Origin: Raja brachyura | Lineage: Eukaryota | Direction of reading: 5' to 3' | Assembly: GCA_963514005.1 (NCBI GenBank) | Contig: OY740807.1 | Span: 26,412,001-26,476,000, forward strand | DNA length: 64,000 nt | In this document: positions 11,990 to 22,054 of the stretch, in pieces | How the letters are laid out: the number at the start of each line of letters is the position of its first letter | How positions within the stretch are numbered: position 1 is the stretch's first letter | The notes under the pieces: model-generated | Told to the model about the DNA's origin: nothing | The model's database searches: none | What the model saw: only the letters and a program-made list of their open reading frames with translations | Program-made: the position numbers and the translations under genes

Positions 11990-12565
11990 GAGTGTAAAGA
12001 GTGTTTTATTGTTTAATCCAGTCAAGAAAATTTCATTGTTCCCAGAGAACCATGAAATTCTTACTTGCTGCAGCACGGCAGAATATGTAAACAATATAAT
12101 AACCGAGAGAGAAAAAAAGATCAGTGTGTATATATACACACACACATTCACAAGTATACACATATACATAAACATATATGTACACATACATAGCTACACA
12201 AAAAAACCCAATAGTAGTGCAATAATAACAATAATAATACGTCTATTGCAGTTCAGAGCTTATTTGAGGTTGTAGTGTTTAATAGCCTGATGGCTGTAGG
12301 GAAGAGTCTGTTCCTGAACAGTTTTCAGGCTACTGTACCTTCTTCCTGATGACAGGAGTGAAATGACTGTGTGGCCAGTGTGGTGTGGGTCTCTGATGAT
12401 GCTGGCTGCATTTTTGAGGCAGCGACTCCGATAAATCCCTTCGATGGTGGGGAGGTCAGAGCCAGTGATGGACTGGGCAGTGTTCACAACTTTTTGCAGT
12501 CTTTTTCGCTCCTGGGCATTCAAGTTGCCAAACCAGGCGGTGATGCAACCAGTCAATATGCTCTC
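11990..12565 (-). mobile_element. Rex1/Babar-type LINE 3' fragment
   Basis: ESILTGCITAWFGNLNAQERKRLQKVVNTAQSITG...SGRRYSSLKT plus 3' UTR. Confidence 0.85.
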
Positions 12566-12589
12566 ATTTAATGTCACATTTCCACATTT

Positions 12590-13540
12590 ACTAATCCAAT
12601 TATCAGATCTTGTGTAACATATTGGCATTGTTAGAGGATTAATTAAAGGAGGGAGAAGTGTAGAAATAAACATTTTGTTTTCAGGTTGGCAGACGATTAC
12701 TATAAGGGTATTACATGGGATTCAATCCTGGGCAGCCAGCCGGTGGAGTAGCGGGATATTGTGACGTTGTGCACTTTTCACAGAAATAATTTAAAAAATA
12801 TTTAGATGGTGTCTGGAACACAGAAGGTTGAGGGGAGACCTGATAGAACTATATAAAATATGAGAGGCATAGAGTTAAGTTAGAACCTTTTTCTCTCCCA
12901 AAATGGGAGAGTCAAAGACTGGAAGGGATTGCTTAAAGATGAAGGGGGAACGTTTTTAAAAAATAGAATGGTGGGTGTACTTGAGTGCGCTGCCAGGGGT
13001 AATGACGTTGTCAGAAATTATAACGGTGTTTAAAAGGCTTTGAAAGGTTGAAATGGTATATGTATATGCATGGGATGGAGGGATATGGATCACATGCAGG
13101 TAGTGACGATTAGTTTAACTTGGCAGCATGTTTGGTATGGGCATTGTAGACCAAAGAACTTGTTCCTGTGATGCCCTGTTCTATGTTGAGAAACCTGTCA
13201 CGTAAATATTGAAAGGGAAATGAGACACAAAGAGCAAACATGGAGCTGCAGTGATCAATTTGGAATAGAACTAATGTGTTAGCATTTATTGCAAGAGGGC
13301 TGGAGTGGAAGTTTTTATCTAAGCTTTACCAAGAAGGTCAGGGCTGTTGAGAGACTTAATTTGGAACACTGCCTACAGCTGAGGTCTCCGTACCTACAGA
13401 GTGTTTACATCTGGAATGAGTGTAGGGGTGATCGAGTATGAAAGTGGACAAGACACAGAAACAGCAATAATCATATTTAATGGCAGACTGAAGTATGTAC
13501 AGACTGTACAGTCTGTTACTGCTTGTATTATGTTCCGATT
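12590..13540 (+). mobile_element. Degraded, nested CR1 fragments
   Basis: gaggggagacctgatagaa, CR1 tail (gaacttgttcctgtg..ttctatgt) and RT remnants. Confidence 0.55.
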
Positions 13541-15734
13541 AAAGCAAATCACATGCTATTAACCCCTGGTATGAAAGCAACATTTTCCAAAATGCTCTTT
13601 TAAAAAATTTTTTTTTAAGGGAACTAAATTATATTTTAGACAGAGAAAGGCCTGTGGTAATAAGGCATGGGTGGTAATCAATGTTAATTTGCCTGTGGTG
13701 GTTCAACTTCTATGTAATAAATTAATAAATCAAGAAATTGCGAAGAACACACTAATTCAGTGTCTTTAATCAAATGGTATCTTCAAGAGCAACTAAACTT
13801 CTTGTCGGCTTGTTGCATTGTATGGCTTTACAAGTGACAGAAAAGTAAACTGGACATATATTGAGCAGCATTATTTGTGATCATAAATTACACAAAAAGG
13901 CCTGTAAAATGGTTCTTGACCAACTATGTACTAACATGAAGTAATACAACCAATTTAACCGATTGCTATTTACTGATAGATTCACCTAGTTTTGTCATTT
14001 AACCTTTTTATTTTGCAAGGAACTTGCAGATACGCAAAATGGTGGATGCTGGTTTGACATGTGCCAGTTCCGTGTATAGTAAAGTATCCCTTCCTTCCAA
14101 CTGAATTGTGTGCTGGATGGTGAAAACAAAATGGATACAAATCAAACCAATTTATCTGGCTGCTCTTGTTTGATCTGCTTGGCAGATTGAAATGATCTTC
14201 AGGTCTAACACCAACTGAGACAGAGGTACATACACAAATATAGTGACTATGATAATGTGACAATATTTTCCAAAGATCAAACCAAATTGAAGACAACATC
14301 AAAAATTAATTCATTCCTGAGTGTAAATCATAAGGATAAAACAGATTTACCCTGGAAAGTAACCTTTTTAGAACTAGGTGAGGGGGGTGTAACATTATGA
14401 ATTAGGCACATCCCCTCTCTTTTCCGTTTGGTTCTATCTTTTTTGCATTTTCTTCTTATTTCCTCTCTTTTCTTAAGGCCCTTTGATTTTCGGGGCTTAC
14501 ACACACTTCTAAGGATGCAGTCTATTTATCCAATTATCAATCATTAACCGTTAATTATTGCGCCCTAGCTCTTTTTTCTTTCTTTTCTATCCAAAAAAAA
14601 AGTTGTACACGTAATGTATTATGTTATATACCATGATTATTATGTATGTACATTGCTTCTAATAAAAATATTTTTTTAAAAATTTAAAAACAGGTTTACA
14701 GCAAAAAGCTCATGAAATTAATAGTCTCCATTTACATAACAGAGGATTCTATTTAGGCGCCAACAAAAGGTTCAACTATATATTTTGTAGCTAGAATTTC
14801 TCACTTAATATAGACAGGCTAGAAAAGCCAAATGCCATCTGTGAATTCAACAGCTTCGCTCTAACCCAGCACACGCACACAGTATCTATCCAGGGCAGTC
14901 AGATGACCTTGATGCACTCATCAACTAATTAAGCGAATTAAACCTACACAATGCCATCAACAGATGGTGGAAGAAAGCAGCTCACAGACCTCCCTTAGCT
15001 GGAACAACACCATTACCACAGAACCAAATCCATTCCACACAAACAACGAAGTGACATCTCCAGCATCAGCCATTAACAACCGAAGATCCATCTACATGGC
15101 TGCCATCAGAATCTTGCCTGAGCTCCGTAATCCCATTGGGTTGGATAGCATGCAGGGTGCGAGTAGGTGTTCCTTATTCATCGCCAGCATTAATAACAGA
15201 TTGAGACTTGCCAGGAAGGGATAAGAGACAGTATTATTGCAGATAGTGAAGCGGAATAGTGTAGCTCAATTAATTGCATAGACTGACAATGGATGGGTAA
15301 ACAGAAAGCCACACTCTTTAAAATTAAAAACTCCAAATGCAAACTGTTTCAGCTGAACATTTTTACTGAGAAAAACTATATGAATAAAAAGCCAAACATT
15401 TGAAATTAGAATTAGAATTTGCACAATGATGAGAAAGAAACAAACACCTGTTAGAAATAAATGTCAGTTTATTTCCGTTACTTTTTTACCTCACCTCAAG
15501 GGGGCAATGGTTTTATATTCCAATTGAAGAGTCAACCTATTATCATGCACAACAGGGCAAAATACGTGCATGTTTGCAACAGAAGCCAAATAATATCCAG
15601 ATTTGAGCTGAAAAGTGGCAAGTCGCAGGCACATAAAGCAAGTTTGGTTGCAATGGTCATCTTTTAGCTTAGTTTAGAGATACAGCACGCAAATAGGCCC
15701 ATGCAGACCACCAATCACCCATTCGCACTGGTTC

Positions 15735-16562
15735 GCCAAAGGTGGAAAGCTGCGCTTTGTGTTCTGAAGACTGTGCGAACCCAACAAAAATACAAAGCGC
15801 AGCTTTCCATCTCCGGAACCGGGATGCGAAACATCAACTGCAGGTGCGATGGAATGATGTCCGGTTGGAGCACTGCAAAGCCCCAAAGTACCTAGGTGAG
15901 GTCCTCGATCGCACGTTATCATATCGCCAACGTTGAGAAAACCAAGGCAAAGGTCAACACCGGGACAATGTCATTGAAAAATTGGCAAACAGCTCATTTG
16001 GAAGCGACCCAACAACAATCCGCACTGCAGCCCTGGTACTCTGTTTCTCAGTGGCAGAATATCTAAGCCCCGTCTGGAGCCGCTCTAAACATGCATGCAA
16101 AGTGGACTCTGCATTGAACACTGCCTGCAGGAAAACCACAGGATGCCTGAAGGACGACAAAGGATCGGGCAGTTGCAGTAGAACGCTTCAATGGGGACAC
16201 AGACCCCCGTCACCCCTTGCACTATCACCAACATGCCAAGAAACGCCTGAAGAGTCGGAACAGCTTCATGGAACTAGAGCCAACCATACCAGGCACCAAA
16301 ACCAAACAACAGATGGCACCAGGACACCACCTGCCTTATACTACCTGGAAAGCTCTAAACCGCCTCCGCACTGTAGTGGGACGCTGCGGACTCAACCTGA
16401 AGTAGTTGGGCCTTTCGAACTCCGACAAGTGCAACTGTGGGGAGGTACAGACAATGGCCTACCTACTTGCGGCGGAGAGACATGCACAGCAGACGATCTC
16501 CGCAAAGGCACAGATGTGACACTGGCTGTGGCAAAGCGATGGCAGAACGTCATCTGACACAT
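15735..16562 (+). mobile_element. Vingi/Ingi-like LINE, 5'-truncated and internally deleted
   Basis: PKYLG.VLDRTLSY, LANSSFGSDPTTIRTAALVLCFSVAEYLSPVWSRSKHA, KRLKSRNSF, PGHHLPYTTWKALNRLRT, and a C-terminal CNCG..QT motif, all typical of the Vingi clade. Confidence 0.7.
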
Positions 16563-16571
16563 GAGCGGAAA

Positions 16572-16710
16572 AAAGTCTGAAGAAGGGTCTAGACCCAAAA
16601 CATCACCTGCCCACATTCTCCAGAGATGCTGCCTGATCCCGCTGAGTTACTCCAGCAGTTTGTGTCCCTTTGTATATTAACCAGCAACTTCAGTTCCTTG
16701 TTTGTACGTA
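16572..16710 (+). mobile_element. Penelope-derived short repeat
   Basis: gtctgaagaagggtctagacccaaaacatc...gctgagttactccagcagtttgtgt. Confidence 0.7.
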
Positions 16711-17370
16711 TAAATAAAGCTTTTCACTGCTTCTGTGGAGAACATGAAGAGGAAGACTATATAGTGGCAAAGCAGTATCTCTAATAAAATCACATCCCCA
16801 TGACAGTGGATGTAATTTCCTTTGTTGAATTCATCCTGTCAATGTCCTGGGATCATCACTGATCATCTTCTACAGAGAGCAAACAATCATCTGAACTAAA
16901 ATAGCATGCCCCGAATGTTACAAGAATATTCTCCACTTGTGTGGATCAGTGCTGCTTCAACAATTATAAAATCTCGTTATCACGCAGGACACTTAACTGA
17001 CATCCCTAACCGCCACACTGAACATGCACACCATGACTGCACTGCGCACCATCGAAAAAGGGACAACCCAGCTCATTGAGAATTCAACTAAATCTGCAAA
17101 GCCCATTAGCAGCACCACCTAGTAAAGGGGCAGCAACTGCGTGAGTGCACTAGCAGCTGCAGGCTCGAGTCAAAAGTCACACATCATTAAATGGAAATGT
17201 TCTTAGACTTTTGCCTGTTTCTGGGGTGCACCGACCCGGCACCTACCCAACACTCCTGGAGAACATTTCAATTCATAATGACTACATCCAACCCATGCCC
17301 CACCCTGTATCAATGGTGCTTAAATGGAGATGATCGAGAGCTTCAAGTTCCCTGCTGAAAATATCACCAA

Positions 17371-19005
17371 CAATTTGTCCTGGACCAACCACAATGATGT
17401 TATGGCTAAGAAAGTGCACCAATGACTCATCAGAAGGCAAAGGAAATCTGGTAAGTCTCCAGTTATACATTATTTATCGTTTATCATTCCTGATATTTTT
17501 ATTTCAGTGATCTCAATATATTCAGTTTATTTAGCCACTAGAAATGAGAGGATTAATTCTCAAAGACTGTGGAATTTTTCGAGGATGTAACTAGTAGCGT
17601 GGATAAGGGATGTGGTGTATCTGGACTTCCAGAAGGCTTTCGACAAGGTCCCACATAAGAGATTAGTATACAAACTTAAAGCATACGGCATTGGGGGTTC
17701 AGTATTGATGTGGATAGAGAACTGGCTGGCAATCAGGAAGCAAAGAGTAGGAGTAAACGGGTCATTTTCACAATGGCAGGTAGTGACTAGTGGGGTACCG
17801 CAAGGCTCAGTGCTGGGACCCCAACTATTTACAATATATATTAATGATCTGGATGAGGGAATTGAATGCAATATCTCCAAGTTTGCGGATGACACTAAGC
17901 TGGAGGGCAGTGTTAGCTGCGAGGAGGATGCTAGGAGACTGTAAGGTGACTTGGATAGACTGGGTGAGTAGGCAAATGTTTGCCAGATACAGTATAATGT
18001 GGATAAATGTGAGGTTATCCACTTTGGTGGCAAAAACAGGAAAGCAGACTATTATCTAAATGGTGGCCGATTAAGAAAAGGGGAGATGCAGCGAGACCTG
18101 GGTGTCATGGTACACCAGTCATTGAAAGTAGGCATGCAGGTGCAGCAGGCAGTGAAGAAAGCGAATGGTATGTTAGCTTTCATAGCAAAAGGATTTGAGT
18201 ATAGGAGCAGGGAGGTTCTACTTCAGTTGTACAGTGTCTTGGTGAGACCACACCTGGAGTATTGTGTACAGTTTTGGTCTCCAAATCTGAGGAAGGACAT
18301 TATTGCCATAGAGGGAGTGCAGAGAAGGTTCACCAGACTGATTCCTGGGATGTCAGGCATGTCTTATGAAGAAAGACTGTCCAGACTTGGTTTATACTCT
18401 CTAGAATTTAGGAGATTGAGAGGGGATCTTATAGAAACGTACAAAATTCTTAAGGGGTTGGACAGGCTAGATGCAGGAAGATTGGTCCCGATGTTGGGGA
18501 AGTCCGGGACAAGGGGTCACAGCTTAAGGATAAGGGGAAAATCCTTTAAGACCGAGATGAAAAAGACTTTTTTCACACAGAGAGTGGTGAGTCTCTGGAA
18601 CTCTCTGCCACAGAGGGTAGTTGAGGCCAGTTCATTGGCTATAATTAAGAGGGAGTTAGATGTGGCCCTTGTGGCTAAGGGGATCAGAGGGTATGGAGAG
18701 AAGGCAGGTACGGGATACTGAGTTGGATGATCAGCCATGATCATATTGAATGACGGTGCAGGCTCGAAGGGCTGAATGGCCTACTCCTGCACCTAATTTC
18801 TATGTTTCTACAATTTGTCCTGGTCCAACCACAATGATGTTATGGCTACGAAAGTGCACCAATGACTCATCAGAAGGCAAAGGAAATGTGGCAAGTCTCC
18901 AGTTATACATTATTTATCGTTTATCATTCCTGATATTTTTATTTCAGTGATCTCAATATATTCAGTTTATTTAGCCACTAGAAATGAGAGGATTAATTCT
19001 CAAAG
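17371..19005 (+). repeat. ~195-bp direct repeat (17371-17565 and 18811-19005) flanking the CR1
   Basis: Copies align at an offset of exactly 1440 with 4 substitutions. Confidence 0.95.
17566..18810 (+). mobile_element. 5'-truncated CR1, same family as 7609-9345, with premature stops
   Basis: Near-identical RT and C-terminus (..GYGEKAGTGY*), same 3' UTR and ttctatgtttcta tail. Confidence 0.97.
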
Positions 19006-19069
19006 GTTTGTTGCAACAGAGTAGCCGAAGAAAAACACTGGGGGGAAAAACGAAAATAGACAGGAAAAC

Positions 19070-19755
19070 TCACTAGGCTGAGATTTATGAGGAGTTATTA
19101 AATACAGGTGAAGTACTGGAGGATCGCAGATGCTGCGCCTCTATTCAAGAAGGGCTGCAGGGAAAAGCCTCAGAACTGCAGGCCAGTGAGCCTAACATCT
19201 GTGGTTGGAATGTTACAACGGGGATGTTGCAACGGAGGGATAAGATGTACATGCATCTCAATGGACAAGAGATGATTAGGGATAGTTAGCATGGTTTTGT
19301 ATGTGGAAGATAGTGTCTCATGAATCTGAGTTTTTTGAAGATGTAATGAAAAAGGTTGATGAGGGCAGAGCTGTGGACATTGTATATATGGATTTTAGCA
19401 AAGCATTTGACAAGGTTCTGCATTATAGGCTGCTTGAGAAGGTTAGATCGCATGGGACCCAAGGAGAGACAGCTAAATGGACAGAAACTTGGCTTCATGG
19501 GAGGAAGCAGAAGGTGATGGTGGAATGGTGTTTTTCTAACTGGAGGCCTGTGGTGTGCCTCAGGGTTCAGTGCTGGGCCCATTGCTGTTTGTCATCTATA
19601 TGAATGATTTGGATGAGAAATGTGCAAGGCACGATTATCAAGTTTGCCGACTACACAAAAAAATGGGTGGTAATGTGGATAATGAAGATGGTTGTCTAAA
19701 ACTGTAGTAGGATCTTGATCGGTTGGGTAAGTGGGCTAAAGAAATGGTGGATGGA
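19070..19755 (+). mobile_element. Degenerate CR1 RT fragment
   Basis: EFFEDVMKKVDEGRAVDIVYMDFSKAFDKV..QGSVLGPLLF. Confidence 0.85.
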
Positions 19756-19829
19756 ACATTCACTAATCCAGAAAATTGTCCATTCCGGCACCAAAATTCT
19801 AAAAGTAGGTCTATGATTACCGTTTACCG

Positions 19830-20125
19830 CAAAACACCAAGTGCTGGAGGAATTAGGCGGGACAGACAGCACCTAGGAAGGGAATAGACAGGCGACCTTT
19901 CGGGTTGGGAACCTTCTTCAGACTGATTGCTTAACTGTTGGAGCAGACTTTGTGGATCAAAGAGTGCACCTTGTACCTAATTAACAACGTCTATGAAGAA
20001 GTCAGATGAGGGGTCCCGACTGGTAATGTCACCAGTCCATTACATCCACAGACGCTGCCTGACCTACTGAGTTTCTCCAGCACTTGGTGTTCTGCTCAGG
20101 ATTCCTCTGTACCCGTAGTCTCTTG
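19830..20125. mobile_element. Inverted pair of Penelope-derived repeats
   Basis: agtgctggagg...ccttcttcagactg followed by ...gtcagatgaggggtcccgac...gagtttctccagcact. Confidence 0.6.
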
Positions 20126-20279
20126 TGATATCTATAGCTTACCGTTAAAATCCTGCAATGATCTCATTGCTGTTTAGTGGGACGTTCCTGTGTACAATTC
20201 CCTATCGTCCTATCTGATTTTGTCAGTAGTGTGCTTTGGAATATTTCCCATGAGTGGTGCTGTGGAAATGCCAGCGCCG

Positions 20280-21150
20280 TGTTGTGAACGCGCTGGGAGA
20301 GGTGAGCGTGCCGTTACACCCAGCCATCCGTGCAGGCGTAAAGCAAGTTTCCCATTGGGAAAAGATTAAAGTTGCCGCATTCGACCCACTGCCAAAATGC
20401 AAACCGGTATTTAACAGCTAAAGTATATAATATTGCAATAACGCTCAGGGCTCGGATTTATGAAGGATCCCGGCGTTAATACGTTGATATTCTCCGTCTA
20501 AAAGACATCTATTTCAGAGCTTGACCTACCTCCCAGTCTGGGCCAAGCGAGAGCAGCGATCAGGCGGCGGCAGCGGTTCCCCAGATCACGGAGAGCGAAG
20601 GTGGAAGCGGCGGGGGAGGGGGGGGGGAGAGAAATAAGGCAGAGGTGTGACTTGTAAGCATCAGATGCGGGCTGGTTGGACATGGCTGAATGTGCAACTG
20701 TCCGGGGACTTACCCATGCTCATCAACGCATTCTGCAGCACCTCGTCGGTCATCCTCGCCGCTCCCCCGCCCCCCTGCTCTTGTCCCGGGCTCGGGGCTC
20801 TGCGGACGATCGGCCAGCGCACCCTTGCTCGCACTCTCTGTCTGTCTCTCCCCCCCCCTTTCCCACAGCTGCGAGTGAAGTCCCTACCTGACGCCGCCGG
20901 CCCCCCTCACAAAGGGCGCGGTGCCTCCCCGCTCACGGCACAATGTGGGGTAGGGAGAGGCGGGGAGCTGGGCTCGCTCACCCGGCCCACACTGCAAGGA
21001 CCACTGACCCGCCACTTACCCGCGCCCATTCAACAACAACAATTGGCATTTAATGAGCGGGAGCCTCACTGCACCCCGCAAACATGTAGGACAAGCAATT
21101 AACGTCCACAACACAACTGGCCATGCTCCGAGTCCGGCCTGGTGTTTGGA
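20280..21150 (-). promoter_or_regulatory. CpG-island-like promoter of a second minus-strand gene
   Basis: Locally GC/CpG-rich in an AT-rich background, with GC-box-like motifs and a CCAAT on the minus strand near 21043. It surrounds an ATG-containing exon with a consensus donor. Confidence 0.65.
20714..20753 (-). CDS. First coding exon (MTDEVLQNALMSM, phase 1) of an unidentified downstream gene
   Basis: GGCGAGG-ATG (A at -3), 13 open codons plus 1 nt, then a perfect G|GTAAGT donor inside the CpG-rich region. Confidence 0.6.
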
Positions 21151-21274
21151 TTACACTAGCTTTAACAGGGCACAGTTGTTGCATGGTGTGCTGGAGCCTT
21201 ATCGACCCAGCATAGCCCCGAAAAAACCCCCCGCAAAATAGTTCAAGATCAATTTGAAATGGGCGTTTGACGAG

Positions 21275-21502
21275 TAGAAGCAAAGAACTGCAGATGTTGG
21301 TTAAAACGCAAAAGGTCACAAAGTGCTGGACAGCACATCTGGAGAACATGGATAGGTGACGTTTCTGGTCGAGAGCCTTGTTCCAGCAAGGTTCTGTAGA
21401 AGGGTTAAAGTCTGAAGAAGGGTTTCGGCCCGAAACGTTGCTCATCTCCTTCGCTCCATAGATGCTGCTGCACCCGCTGAGTTTCTCCAGCATTCTGTGT
21501 AC
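21275..21502. mobile_element. Inverted pair of Penelope-derived repeats, one with an intact hammerhead core
   Basis: Minus-strand copy at ~21275-21388; plus-strand copy at 21409-21502 reads AGT-CTGAAGA-AGGGTTTCGGCCC-GAAACGTT-GCT. Confidence 0.7.
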
Positions 21503-22054
21503 CCACGGCTCTGTAGAAAGCTACTAACCCATTGTTCACGGACCTAGTCTCACTTCTTGCATGCTCATCCATTCCATCCTTGCTCAAGTGACACCCATGT
21601 ACTCTAGAAGTAGCCAATTAACCTCCAAAACAGCACAGCTGGAGTCACGGGAGGAAACTGGACCACCCAGGAAAAACCAACGTGGTCAAAGTGAGAATGT
21701 GCAAACTCCATCCAGACATATCCGGTGGTCAGGATCAAACCCAGGCTAACTGCAGCTCAAGGGCACGTGGTGCTGCTGCCCGAGGCATTATCAGATATTT
21801 ATAATGCAGAATTTGTGGCATGATTCAGATGGCAGAGTGCGCAACAGAACAGCAGCATAGGAACAGGGCCGACGTCTCTTGTTACTCCATGGGCTACTGT
21901 CCCACATTATGTACAAACCAGACAATGGTCATTTAATATTTCAGTTTCTAGCAGGAGTCACTGCGCAGTGCAGGGATGGTGATTCTTTCAAGCACCCCTG
22001 CTCTTTTCGGTACACATGCTATTTACGCTGTGCAAAAAAGCAACAGAAATTTTG

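Noticed and set aside
14930-15535. Possible minus-strand exons (~15210 acceptor; 42-nt AG..GT segment near 15495-15535)
   Set aside because: Stops in most frames, phase incompatible with the upstream exon, no recognisable peptide
20647-21102. 151-aa plus-strand ORF
   Set aside because: Stop-poor GC-rich promoter DNA; the splice and Kozak signals are on the minus strand
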